From contig CAVQUB010000005.1 in assembly GCA_963716725.1 (NCBI GenBank), forward strand, positions 288,001 to 352,000: a DNA stretch of 64,000 nucleotides, written 5' to 3'. The stretch comes from an uncultured delta proteobacterium. GTDB taxonomy: Bacteria > Myxococcota_A > Polyangia > Polyangiales > Polyangiaceae. Within the stretch, counting starts at the first letter, position 1. Every line of letters starts with the position of its first letter. The notes under the pieces were generated by a model that saw nothing but the letters and a program-made list of their open reading frames with translations, had not been told where the DNA came from and ran no database searches. Made by a program: the position numbers and the translations under genes. Shown here in pieces: positions 20,469-30,600 of the stretch.

Positions 20469-20930
20469 ATGCGCCCATTGTTCATGTCTGCCGCTCTCGC
20501 CCTCAGCCTGATTGCCGCCCCCGCCTTCGCGGAGGGCAACAACGACGCCAAGCCTCCCGCGGGCGAGGCCGCCCACAAGAAGGGCGAGAAGCGCGAAGCG
20601 CGCATGGTCGAGCGGATGAAGAAGCAGGGCTTGACCGAAGCCAAGGCCAAGCGGGTCGTGACCACGGTCAAGAAGTATCGGGGCGAGCTCCGCGTCATCA
20701 ACCAAGAGCGCAAGTCGCACCGGGCCGCGCTGAAGAAGGATCCCAACGACGCCAAGGCCAAGCAGGGTCTGGCCGACGCGCGCAGTCGCGTGCAGGCGGT
20801 GCGCGGGCGTCAGAAGGCGGAGATCGCGAAGTTCCTGACGGCGGCCGAGCAGGCCAAGGTCGAGAAGATCATTCGCCGGGGCCCCAGGGCCGGCAAGGGC
20901 GGCAAGCAGAACAAGAAACAAAGCGCCTGA
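20469..20930 (+). CDS. Secreted basic helical protein (Spy/CpxP-like)
   Basis: Signal peptide (APAFA), Lys/Arg-rich helices, FLTAAEQAK resembling the LTxxQ motif. Confidence 0.6.
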   Translation: MRPLFMSAALALSLIAAPAFAEGNNDAKPPAGEAAHKKGEKREARMVERMKKQGLTEAKAKRVVTTVKKYRGELRVINQERKSHRAALKKDPNDAKAKQGLADARSRVQAVRGRQKAEIAKFLTAAEQAKVEKIIRRGPRAGKGGKQNKKQSA

Positions 20931-20943
20931 CGCCTGCGACGCC

Positions 20944-20985
20944 GAGCGCCGGTCGGTGAGCCTCCCGGGCCGCCGAGCGGCGCTC
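20944..20985. terminator. GC-rich hairpin between convergent genes (possible bidirectional terminator)
   Basis: GAGCGCCG-G-TCGGTG...CGCCGA-G-CGGCGCTC inverted repeat; no U-tract. Confidence 0.4.
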
Positions 20986-20994
20986 GAGGCAGTC

Positions 20995-21735
20995 TCAACG
21001 TGTGATCTCGATGGCGCCCGTCGCGGTCGAGAGTTGTTCGTAGAGCGGCACATCGAAGGTGAGTTCGTACTTCCCCGGTCGCAGCAGCGCGGACTGCGTT
21101 TTCTTGCACGCGGCGTCCAGCCCGCGCTCTCGAGCGTGCACCTCGAGGGGCATGAACACTTGCCCGCCGGGAGGCAGGGCGATGCGAACCAGTGGCCTGG
21201 CGCAGCGCGCCGTCTGATCACACCAGTTCGACCAGCCCACGATGGCCTCTTCGCCCGCGGGCAGCAGGAACGTCTTGGACTGTGCGGTCGCTTTCGCGCG
21301 GAAGCCCCGCGCGGGATCGCAGTTGAGGGCGAAGTCGAAAGTGACGACCTTCTTGCTCACGTTGGTCCCCGTCACGCGGATGGTCGAAGAACCTGCGGAG
21401 GCGAGGGTCACGTTGGCAGGCGCGGTCGCCCAAGCGAGCGCGCCCACCGGGGGCGGCTTGCCTTCGGGTGCGGCACGGCAAGCGTTTCGAGCGATCAGCG
21501 CGGACAGGTCGAGTGCTGTTCCGAAGCAGTCGGCTGGCATGTCCGTGGGGCGCTGGGCCTCGGGTTCGGCCGCTGGCGTCGTCGTCGTGGTCCCGGTGCC
21601 TGCGGGCGGGCTGACTTCGGGTGTGCTCGGGACGCTCGCCCCATTGGGATCAGACGAGGTCGCCCCGCTCGTGGTCGGTGGCAGCGGGGCAGCGCAAGAC
21701 AGGACGAAGCACGCGAGAAGGGTGGCACGGCGCAT
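20995..21735 (-). CDS. Hypothetical lipoprotein
   Basis: Lipobox VLSC, Pro/Thr linker, Cys-containing beta-rich domain. Confidence 0.65.
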   Translation of the reverse strand: MRRATLLACFVLSCAAPLPPTTSGATSSDPNGASVPSTPEVSPPAGTGTTTTTPAAEPEAQRPTDMPADCFGTALDLSALIARNACRAAPEGKPPPVGALAWATAPANVTLASAGSSTIRVTGTNVSKKVVTFDFALNCDPARGFRAKATAQSKTFLLPAGEEAIVGWSNWCDQTARCARPLVRIALPPGGQVFMPLEVHARERGLDAACKKTQSALLRPGKYELTFDVPLYEQLSTATGAIEITR

Positions 21736-21846
21736 GGGCGCATCCTAGCCGAGGCGCTCGCGCGGCGGGGCCAGAGCGATTCTGGATCGCATGCCCGAGC
21801 GGCGAGGAGCAGAGTGCAGCCTGGATTCGCCCGAGCCCACGGACGC

Positions 21847-23001
21847 TCAATACGACGCACTGGTCGCGCTGCACTGCTTGGTCGCGCTCTCGGCGACCAT
21901 CAGCCGTGCTCCAGCGTCCAGTTGGAGCCACGGATTGAACAGCGAGATATGCCTGAGCCCCGCGAGGAGCGGTTCGTCCTGCCGTCCGTCCTTTTCGTCA
22001 CGTAGGACGAAGGGCGTGCCCCTCCGGATCGTGCCGATGCGCGCGCGCTCACCGCCAAGCACTCCGAACAGCTCGACGTCCGCCTCGCAGCGGCGCGCCG
22101 AAACCTGCTGTCCTGCCCGCGATCCGATGCCGCCTGCGGACGCACCGCCAGGGAAGCCCCGCACGCTCGGGGTCCAAGTGAGGTCGCGCGTCGCCATCCA
22201 ACCGACGATCCAATAGTCGAGTCCGGCGAGCAGCACCCGCGTCGCCCCCGCCTTTCGGGCGAGGACCTCGGCTTCGACTTGCTCGACCAGGCGCGCGACC
22301 GGCTTGCCGCCGGCTTCGAGGGCGAACTCGGCGCCGTCTCGAACCACCCACTGTTTCGGCAGCTGCTTCTGGCGGGTGATCGACGCCCTCCCGTCGAATT
22401 TGCCCGCCGTGATCACGAGCGCATCGCACGCGAGGGAGTCCTCGACGCGTTCGGGTGGCCGCAATACGTCCCTCGCGTCGACGCCGACGCGAAGCTTGCC
22501 CGACTCTCCCCCGAGCCAATCGAGTGACCGGGACGCCGCGGGGATCAGAAACCCCGACAGCCGTGCGGCCGCCCGCGTGTAGATCGGCGTCTCTGGCGCC
22601 TGGATCACGAGTCGGATCTCGACTTGCCCGTCGTCGAGCACGGCGACGGCGCGCTTGGGCGGCGAATCCAACCCGAAAACCAGCGTTACCGGCGCGCTCA
22701 CCGCTGCAGCGAAGACCTTGCCCGAGGTGCGCAAACGCAGCCCGTCGAAGCTCCAGCTCTTGTCCTGCAAACGGCAGGCGAAGGCCTTCGGTTCCTGGGG
22801 ATCGGTGTCTTCGGGCGGCGGACCAAGAGCGCGGGCGGGTTCGGGCTCCGCGCTCGGAGCGGGCACCACGAGGGCTCTGGCGCTTGGCGGGGTCGGTGGC
22901 TCCGATCTGGATGCGGGCGCGATTGCTCCGGGGGAACAACTCGCGATCAGCAGGCCGAGCCCGGCCGCGCGTCGGCAGATGCTGGAAGGTCGGTGTGCCA
23001 T
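21847..23001 (-). CDS. Hypothetical lipoprotein
   Basis: Lipobox IASC, Pro-rich linker, beta-rich body. Confidence 0.6.
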   Translation of the reverse strand: MAHRPSSICRRAAGLGLLIASCSPGAIAPASRSEPPTPPSARALVVPAPSAEPEPARALGPPPEDTDPQEPKAFACRLQDKSWSFDGLRLRTSGKVFAAAVSAPVTLVFGLDSPPKRAVAVLDDGQVEIRLVIQAPETPIYTRAAARLSGFLIPAASRSLDWLGGESGKLRVGVDARDVLRPPERVEDSLACDALVITAGKFDGRASITRQKQLPKQWVVRDGAEFALEAGGKPVARLVEQVEAEVLARKAGATRVLLAGLDYWIVGWMATRDLTWTPSVRGFPGGASAGGIGSRAGQQVSARRCEADVELFGVLGGERARIGTIRRGTPFVLRDEKDGRQDEPLLAGLRHISLFNPWLQLDAGARLMVAESATKQCSATSASY

Positions 23002-23020
23002 CGGATTGCGAGGACGCCGC

Positions 23021-23566
23021 TCAGGTCGGCGACGCCCGGGCCGTCGCGGTCGCGGCGGGGCGGGCTTCCTCGAAGGGCGAGGGGAGCGACGTCGGCTTCG
23101 CGGAGCGGATCAGGCCCAGGGCGAGGGCCACCGAGGCGCACAGGAACATCATTCGAAACTCGGGGGACCAGCTCTCGGTCCAGCGATCGAAGCCGGCGCT
23201 GATCCGACCGGGCCACGACCGCAGCCGGTCGACCCACTCGAGGTCCCGGGCGTCGAGCCGGATGTGGGATGCATCGACCGTGGGCGCGTAGCGGATCCCC
23301 CGCTCGCCCGCTTCGAATCCCTCGTCGCGATCGGCGCGCAGCCGGTCATAGACCGCACGCCGCGCGGGGTCCGTCAGGACGCCGGCAGCGACGTTGATCT
23401 GGGCCATCCGCCGCTCCGCCCGGCTCATGTCCTTCGGGTTCAGGTCGGGATGACTGATCGAGGCGAGCCGCCGGTAGGCTCTGCGTATTTGCTCAGGGGT
23501 CGAGCTGCGAGGCACCCGCAAGACCGCATACAAGTCGATGTCCACGAGCGCCCGTTCGAACCGCAT
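23021..23566 (-). CDS. J-domain (DnaJ-like) membrane protein
   Basis: DLYAVL..IRRAYRRLA..HPD..INVA..VLTDPARRAVYD; C-terminal TM helix. Confidence 0.85.
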   Translation of the reverse strand: MRFERALVDIDLYAVLRVPRSSTPEQIRRAYRRLASISHPDLNPKDMSRAERRMAQINVAAGVLTDPARRAVYDRLRADRDEGFEAGERGIRYAPTVDASHIRLDARDLEWVDRLRSWPGRISAGFDRWTESWSPEFRMMFLCASVALALGLIRSAKPTSLPSPFEEARPAATATARASPT

Positions 23567-23688
23567 GCGAACCTCCCGGCAGATTAGAGGCCTGACAGCG
23601 CCCCGTCCAAGAAGTTCCACGAGCCCCAAATTTCTCCGCCCGAACCCTCCGCCGCGGCCCGTGGCTCCTACCGGCAGGAGACACCCAC

Positions 23689-24066
23689 ATGCCCACCACC
23701 GAGCTCGGCGCTGCCACTTTCGAGGCCACCATCAAAGACAACTCCATCGTGTTCATTGACTGGTGGGCGTCGTGGTGCGGCCCCTGCCGGGCGTTTGCCC
23801 CGATCTACGAGCGGCTGGCCGCGAAGCACACCGACATCGTCTGGGGCAAGGTCGACACGGACGCCGAGCAGGATCTCGCGAGCGGGTTCGCGATCCGATC
23901 CATCCCCACTCTGATGGTATTTCGGGACGGAGTTCTGATCTTCGAGCAACCCGGAATGATGAGCGCGGTGGCCCTGGACGGCCTGGTCGAGAAGGTGCGC
24001 GCCCTCGACATGGCCGAGGTGAAGCGTCGCATCGCCGAGCAGCACGGCCAGCACGCGCCACACTGA
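23689..24066 (+). CDS. trxA: Thioredoxin
   Basis: WASWCGPC active site, IRSIPTL. Confidence 0.9.
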   Translation: MPTTELGAATFEATIKDNSIVFIDWWASWCGPCRAFAPIYERLAAKHTDIVWGKVDTDAEQDLASGFAIRSIPTLMVFRDGVLIFEQPGMMSAVALDGLVEKVRALDMAEVKRRIAEQHGQHAPH

Positions 24067-24113
24067 GAACCGGGCTTGCCAAGCTCGGGCCGGTTCACCA
24101 CGATGGCCGCGCC

Positions 24114-24731
24114 ATGCTGCTGCGCGTCCTTGGTTCAGGCCTCCTGCTCGTCGCTTGCGAGAAGAGCCCGGCACCGGTCCCGTCGGTCGCTAGCGCCAGC
24201 GCACTGCCGGCGGTGAGCAGCGGCCTGCCGTCGCCGACCTCCGTCACCCACGGTAGCGCCAAAGAGATTGGTCTGACCTGGACGGAGCCCTCGACTTGGA
24301 AGAAGCTGGCGCCGACCTCGCCGATGCGCAACGCGAGCTACGAGGTCCCGCCGGCGGCCGGTGACGCAGAGCCGGGCGACCTCGGAGTCTTCTACTTCGG
24401 GGCCGACAAAGGCGGGGCTGCGGACAAGAACGTGCAGCGTTGGATCGACTCCTTCGAGGGCATCAAACCCGAGCAGGTGATCCGGAACGAACGCAAGGCC
24501 AACGGTCTGTCCCAGCGCGTCGTCGAGATCCCCGCCGGGACCTACAAGAGCGGCATGCCCGGTGGACCCACGACTCCGAAGCCCGGCTTCGCGCTGATCG
24601 GGGTGATCGTGGAGAGCCCGCGCGGAAGTCACTTCTTCAAGCTGGTGGGACCCAAGGCAACGGTCGCGCAGGCCAAGAAGCCCTTCTTCGAGCTGCTCGA
24701 CTCCGTCAAGGCCAAGGCGGCGCCGCCATGA
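24114..24731 (+). CDS. Hypothetical lipoprotein
   Basis: Lipobox LVAC; conserved-looking motifs SPMR..Y, NVQRW..F, FFKLVGP. Confidence 0.7.
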   Translation: MLLRVLGSGLLLVACEKSPAPVPSVASASALPAVSSGLPSPTSVTHGSAKEIGLTWTEPSTWKKLAPTSPMRNASYEVPPAAGDAEPGDLGVFYFGADKGGAADKNVQRWIDSFEGIKPEQVIRNERKANGLSQRVVEIPAGTYKSGMPGGPTTPKPGFALIGVIVESPRGSHFFKLVGPKATVAQAKKPFFELLDSVKAKAAPP

Positions 24732-25597
24732 GTAGGCGCAAGCTCTGGGCCATCGCCGGAAATACCCAGCGTCTCGACGGGGGCGCGATGTTCGGCAACG
24801 CGCCGCGCGTGGTCTGGGAGCGATGGATCGCGCCCGACGAACAAAACCGCATTCCGCTCGCCTGCCGGGCGCTCTTGATCGTGGAGCCCTCGGGCCGAAA
24901 GGTGCTGCTCGAGACCGGGATCGGCGCCTTCTTCCCACCCAAGCTTCGGGCGCGCTTTGGCGTGGAGTCGTCCGAACACGTGCTGCTTGGCGAGCTCGAA
25001 CGCGCCGGCGTTCCGCATGCGGAGATCGACGTAGTCGTGCTCTCGCACCTGCACTTCGACCATGCCGGTGGTTTGCTTGCCGCTTTCAGCGACGGAACGC
25101 CGCCAGCCCTCGTGTTCCCGAAGGCTCGCTTCGTGGTTGGGCGAGTGGCCTTCGAGCGATCCCGACGCCCCCACCTGCGAGACCGCGCGTCGTTCATCCC
25201 CGAGTTGCCGGATCTGCTCGAAGGCAGCGGCCGACTCGAGCTGGTGGACGGCGAGCGATCGGAGTTGCTCGGCGCTGACTATCGCTTCCACTACTCGGAT
25301 GGGCACACGCCGGGGCTGCTCCTGACCGAGCTTGCGAGCGACGACGGCCCCATCCTGTTCGCGGGGGACTTGGTGCCGGGGGTTGCTTGGGTCCACCTGC
25401 CCATCACCATGGGCTACGATCGCAACGCCGAGCAGTTGATCGACGAGAAATCCCGCTTGTTGTCGGATCTCGCCGCGCGTGGCGGCCGCTTGTTCTTCAC
25501 TCACGATCCGACGCTCGCCATCGCGAAGGTCGTGCTCTCGGGCGACCGCATGATCGCCGTGGACGGCCAGGAGCGCGTCGCCGGCATGGAGGCTTGA
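24728..25597 (+). CDS. Metallo-beta-lactamase fold hydrolase (YtnP-like)
   Basis: LDGGAMFG..P...[23 protein letters not shown]. Confidence 0.9.
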   Translation: MSRRKLWAIAGNTQRLDGGAMFGNAPRVVWERWIAPDEQNRIPLACRALLIVEPSGRKVLLETGIGAFFPPKLRARFGVESSEHVLLGELERAGVPHAEIDVVVLSHLHFDHAGGLLAAFSDGTPPALVFPKARFVVGRVAFERSRRPHLRDRASFIPELPDLLEGSGRLELVDGERSELLGADYRFHYSDGHTPGLLLTELASDDGPILFAGDLVPGVAWVHLPITMGYDRNAEQLIDEKSRLLSDLAARGGRLFFTHDPTLAIAKVVLSGDRMIAVDGQERVAGMEA

Positions 25598-25668
25598 GCC
25601 GCGGGAATTCCTGAGGAATAGCCGCTGCCGATTGACGCCAGCGGTTCCAAAGGTAATGCGCGTCTCTC

Positions 25669-26700
25669 ATGCCCAACGCCTACATCTCGGGGACCGGCTT
25701 CTATGTTCCGCCCAAGGTCGTGACGAACGACCTCTTGTCGAAGGAGTACGGCATCGACACCACCCACGAGTGGATCGTGCAGCGCACCGGCATCGAGGAG
25801 CGGCGTTTTGCCGAAGAAGGCGTCGGCACCAGCGACTTGGCCGTGCCGGCGGCGCGGCAGGCCATCGAGCGTGCCGGACTGACGCCGCGGGATCTCGACA
25901 TGATCATCTTCGCGACGCTGTCGCCGGATCACGCGTTTCCGGGGTCGGGCGTGTATCTCCAGCAGAAGCTCGGTCTGTGTGATGGCGACTCGCCGAAGTT
26001 CGTGCCGGCCCTCGACGTGCGCAATCAGTGCTCGGGCTTCCTCTACTCGCTGACCGTGGCTTCATCAATGGTGCAGGCGGGCACCGCGAAGCACGTGCTG
26101 GTCGTGGGTGCGGAGACTCACTCGGCGGCGCTCGACCTGTCGGCAAAGGGCAGGACGGTCGCCTCGTTGTTCGGCGACGGTGCCGGCGCGGTGGTCGTGA
26201 GCACCACCGATGAAGATCGGGGGATCCGCGGCACCTACCTCGGTGCTGACGGCCGCTTTGCCGACGTGCTCTCGCAGCGCGTGTGGGACATCAAGAAGCG
26301 CCCCTTCGTGAAGCTGGACGAAAATGGCGTTGGTCAGGTCCCGCCCGACGACCTGTGGGCCCGCATGGACGGCAAGCAGGTGTTTCGTAACGCGGTCGAA
26401 CGCATGATCGGCGTCTTGATGCAGGCCTGTGCCGATCAAGGTCTGACCCGGGACGACATCGACCTTTTCTTCTTCCATCAAGCCAACCTGCGCATCAACC
26501 AGTACATCGCTCAGCAGATCGGCATCACGGAAGACAAGCTGGTTTCGAACATCCAGCGCTACGGCAACACCACCGCGGCGACGATCCCCATTTTGCTCGC
26601 GGAGGCCGAGCAGAGCGGTCGCCTGAAACGGGGCATGAAGGTCGCGATGGTGGCGTTCGGCTCGGGTTTCACCTGGGGCGCTGCCATCGTCGATTGGTGA
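25669..26700 (+). CDS. fabH: 3-oxoacyl-ACP synthase III family protein
   Basis: WIVQRTGIEERR, catalytic NQCSGF, LFGDGAGA, HQAN, GNT, FGSGFTWG. Confidence 0.88.
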   Translation: MPNAYISGTGFYVPPKVVTNDLLSKEYGIDTTHEWIVQRTGIEERRFAEEGVGTSDLAVPAARQAIERAGLTPRDLDMIIFATLSPDHAFPGSGVYLQQKLGLCDGDSPKFVPALDVRNQCSGFLYSLTVASSMVQAGTAKHVLVVGAETHSAALDLSAKGRTVASLFGDGAGAVVVSTTDEDRGIRGTYLGADGRFADVLSQRVWDIKKRPFVKLDENGVGQVPPDDLWARMDGKQVFRNAVERMIGVLMQACADQGLTRDDIDLFFFHQANLRINQYIAQQIGITEDKLVSNIQRYGNTTAATIPILLAEAEQSGRLKRGMKVAMVAFGSGFTWGAAIVDW

Positions 26701-26768
26701 CGGCCGAAGTTGGGGTCGCGGAGATGGCCCAGTCGAGCTAAGCTTTCTGCCTGCGCGAAGGAGTTCTC

Positions 26769-27638
26769 ATGCGTTCGCTCACCATTGTCTTCATGGCCGG
26801 CCTCGGCGCCGTCGTCGCTTGTGGCAGCCAAAACGACTCCGGTCTCAAGGGTGGGAGCGGCGGGAGCAGCGCGAGTGGCGGCACCTCGAGCGGTGGCGCC
26901 GGTAGCGGCGGTACGTCGAGTGGTGGCACACCCGGTGGCGGAGCCGGTGGAACGACCAGTGGCGGTGGTGGGCCGAGCGGCGGCGCGCCCGGTGGCGGAG
27001 CCGGCGGAACGACCAGTGGGGGCGGTGGGCCAAGTGGCGGCGGAGCGCCCACGGGTGGCGCGCCAAGTGGCGGCGGAGCGCCCGCGGGTGGCGGGCCAAG
27101 TGGCGGCGGAGCGCCCGCCGGTGGCGGACCAAGTGGCGGCGGAGCGCCCGGTGGTGGTGGAGCGCCGCCGTCGTGCGTCGGCAAATGTGGAGACTCGAAT
27201 CCAGTGCCAGGCCCCGGTGGCTCATGCTTCTGCGACCAGCAGTGCAGCTCGACGGGCGACTGCTGCCCCGACTACGCTCAGGTCTGCGGCGGCGGCAGAA
27301 TCGCGTGCGCGGGCGACGTCTGCTCTCGCGCATCCAAGGAGTTCTGCTGCCACAGTTGGAGCAGCGGCAACGGCTGGAGTTCCGCGTGCCAGCAGGACGG
27401 CAAGAGCTGCACGGGCGCTTCGTACTGCGACGGTCCCGAGGACTGCGAGGCGGGCACGGTCTGCTGCGGTACGCTGAGCGGCAATCAGAGCTACTTCACC
27501 AGCATGACTTGCAAGGCGAGCTGCGAATACACCAGCGGTGTGCGGGTGATCTGCGGTGAGTCGAAGAAGTGTCCGTCAGGCTACGTCTGCAAGCCGTCGA
27601 GTTCCCCGCCAGGCTATTCCTACTGCGGTAAGCCCTGA
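26769..27638 (+). CDS. Gly-rich lipoprotein with a somatomedin-B-like domain and Cys-rich C-terminus
   Basis: Lipobox VVAC; GGGPSGGGAP repeats; SCVGKCG..CFCDQQCSSTGDCCPDYAQVC matches the SMB Cys pattern. Confidence 0.75.
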   Translation: MRSLTIVFMAGLGAVVACGSQNDSGLKGGSGGSSASGGTSSGGAGSGGTSSGGTPGGGAGGTTSGGGGPSGGAPGGGAGGTTSGGGGPSGGGAPTGGAPSGGGAPAGGGPSGGGAPAGGGPSGGGAPGGGGAPPSCVGKCGDSNPVPGPGGSCFCDQQCSSTGDCCPDYAQVCGGGRIACAGDVCSRASKEFCCHSWSSGNGWSSACQQDGKSCTGASYCDGPEDCEAGTVCCGTLSGNQSYFTSMTCKASCEYTSGVRVICGESKKCPSGYVCKPSSSPPGYSYCGKP

Positions 27639-27650
27639 GCGCGCCGGCGA

Positions 27651-30600
27651 TCAGAGCTCCTTCAGCAGAGCGACGAGCGCCCGGAGTTCCTCGCCGTCGG
27701 TCACCTCTCGGAGCGAGCGGTTCACCTCCGACAGCGCGTGCGCGGCGAGCACGCACGACGCGCCGCGGTCGCCAGCTCTGGAGAGCAGGGCCGCAGCGTT
27801 GGGCTGCGTGGGGCAGAGCATGAGACGTTTCGATTTCGTGTCGTAGCGCAGCGCTCGCTTGGAGCGCTTCACGAACAGCTCTTCGACGGGCGCGCCGGTG
27901 AGGTGCAGGTTCGTGACCAAGTCGAGTAGCGCACGGTGCTCGGCCCTGGTGGCCTCGACGGGCTCGTCGCCCAATGAGGTCGCTCTCAGCGCTGCCGTCA
28001 CCCGGCCCCACCACGAACCGTCGGCCGGCGCGTCGCCGGCGTTGGGCGGTACCAGCACCGGTGTGGGCGGTGGCAGCGCGGTGCTCTCCAGTGACAGGCC
28101 CGGCGCGCGCAGCCCCGCAAAGTGCCGGATCGCCCCCACCGGCGCGCGCAGCGCGAGCACGCGGGCCAGCGCCGAGCCTTCGGTCACGAAAAACTTGGGC
28201 AGCGCGCCCGGGAAGGAGCCGTCGGCGAATCCTCGCCCATCACTCGTCCACACCGTGCCGGTCGTCTGGAGCTCGCTGACCACGGCGGCCAGGTCGAGGG
28301 GCGTTCCGTCGGCCGCCACGACGAGAGGCGGTGACGAATCGAGCCCGAGCAGCGCGAGCGAGAATCGCGTGCTCGTCCACAGCAGGCGCGTTCGAGCCCT
28401 TCGCGCGCAGCTCCCGCAGCAGCTCGACGGCGACCTGCTCTCCCAGGGCGTTCAGGGCGTTCCAGGTGTAGGTCAGCGTGGCGAGCGTGGCGAGTGTCGA
28501 GCCGAGTTCGGCCGCGATGGCCTCGCTCCCTCCATCCGGCTCACCGACCCAGCGCACCAGCAGATCACCCTCGAGCGGGAGCGCCGTGCCGATGGCGCTC
28601 TTCTCGATCCGCGCCTCGAGACTGCGGACGATGGGTGCCGCCTGCTGCCCTGCGTACACCCGCACCCGGGGAGTTGCCGGAAAACCAGCTCCGAGCCAGA
28701 GCGCTCCAGTCACGCGAAAGCCTCGGATCTGAACCTCGTCGAGCCAACGGGACGCCAGAGCCTGCCCTGGCGCGAACACCCGCTGCAGCTCGGACCGAGC
28801 GCAGAGACGCGCTCGCTGCGAGAGCACGGGCAAGAGGGCGCGAAGGGCAGGCGCTTCGAAGTAGCGGTCGGGTTCGACGCTGTCGTCGTTCAACATCATC
28901 ACGAGCGGCCAGCCGTCTCCGGAGTCGAGGGGCGAGAGCGGTCGACGCATGACGTGCAGCGTTCCGCCCGCGAGTTCGGCCTGCGCTGGCAAGAGCACGC
29001 CCACCTCACCGGTGGTGCCCTCGACGTTGACCGGCGCCGTGACCAGGCAGGCCGCTCGCTGTTCGGTCGAGAGCAGCACGGTCGGGACCTGTGGCGCCGT
29101 CCGGCGCCGCTCGGCGTCGCGCATTCGCTCGATCTGAGCGTCGACGTTGACCAAGTCGAAGCTCGAAGCGAGCGCTTCGGCCTCGTTGAGCGTCAGCCGC
29201 AGCGTGAGGCCGTTCATCGGCGGGAAGGGGGGGGCCAGGCTGGTGAACTGCCAACGGTTCTCGGTCGCAAGGGCGGCAAGGCTGTGAAAGGTGCCAGCAG
29301 TGCCTTCGAACACCGGCGCTGCGGTCAGGCTCGCCTCTTCCCGCATGGACTCGCCCAGGCAGAGAACACGGCGCGCGGCACGTCGCACGAATGCGGGGAG
29401 CTGGTCGAACTCTCGGGCCGAGCTCACCACTATCTTCACGGCGGCGTCGTCGAGCTCCGAAACCAAGCGCTCTTTGACCCCCGCGACGTCGATGGCGTCG
29501 ACGCGGGCCACGGCTCTAAACGCGCACAGTGTCACGGGCATGAGGGTTTCGACGCGCCCGTCCAGCAGCAGCACGCTGACGCTGGCGTCCGCGCCCGCGA
29601 TGAGCTCGACCTCGCCGTCGCCCGAGCCGACGCCGAGCTCCCACAGCGCCTTGCGCAGCGCCGGATGGGCCGGCGCGCCAGCGAGCTTCGGCGCAGCGAC
29701 GGAGCTGCCCCCGCGTCGCTGCTGCAAGGCATCGAGCGCCGCGCTGACGTCGTCGAGGGTCGCCCCGAATCGGCCGAACAGCGCCGAGATCTGCGCGCCC
29801 GCGTCGCCGGCGGGCAGAAATAGGATGGGCCGGTCAAGCTCGGACGCGCGAGCGTCTTGCGACCGCCAACTGGGGTAGCGTCCCGTCCCGCACAGCATCC
29901 GTCCTTCGCGCAGGCTGAGTTGGCTCCAAGGAGCTTCGTCGCCTTGCACGGTAGGAAAGCGGAAGCTTTCACTAGCAAAGAGCTTTCGCAGCTGCTCGAC
30001 GGATCCAAAATCACAGAGCGCGAGGCAGAGCGCCAGCGCGCGCGGATCCGAGAGCAGCTGTCGCTGTTCCGCCAGGACATGGAGCAGCGCGATGCTCGCG
30101 GTCTGCAGTCGCGCGCCGATGCGCCCGAGACCTTCGCGGGTCGGCGCGCCGAAGTCGACGAAGTCGTCCGGCAGGTGAGAACTCAGATTGGCAACGATGG
30201 GCAGGCCCACTTCGCGCGCGAGGAGGCCGTGGACTGATCGGCCATCGAAACGCAAATCCACCCAAGCCGTAGCCAGAGAGAGCTCCCCGGGAGGCAGGGC
30301 CAGCGCGACTTCGAGATCGTTGGGTGAGTTCGCGTTGCGGGCTGCGGGTAGGTGAGCGACGACATCGCGTGCGCCGATACGCGCGCCGAAGTCCCGGATG
30401 TCCACCGCGGGCCGCGCGAGGACGGCCTGTTGGTCCAGCTCGAGCTTGGCCCGCGCACGCCGAGCCTTCAGCTCGGTCGCGGCGGCCGTTGCCCGTGGAA
30501 AGCGCCGGAGCAGAAGCTCGCGCTCGCGCTCGTGCCGGACGAGCACCGGAGCCCAGTCGCCGGTCGAAAAGCCGGGAGCGGCGTCGAGGAGCGGCAGCTT

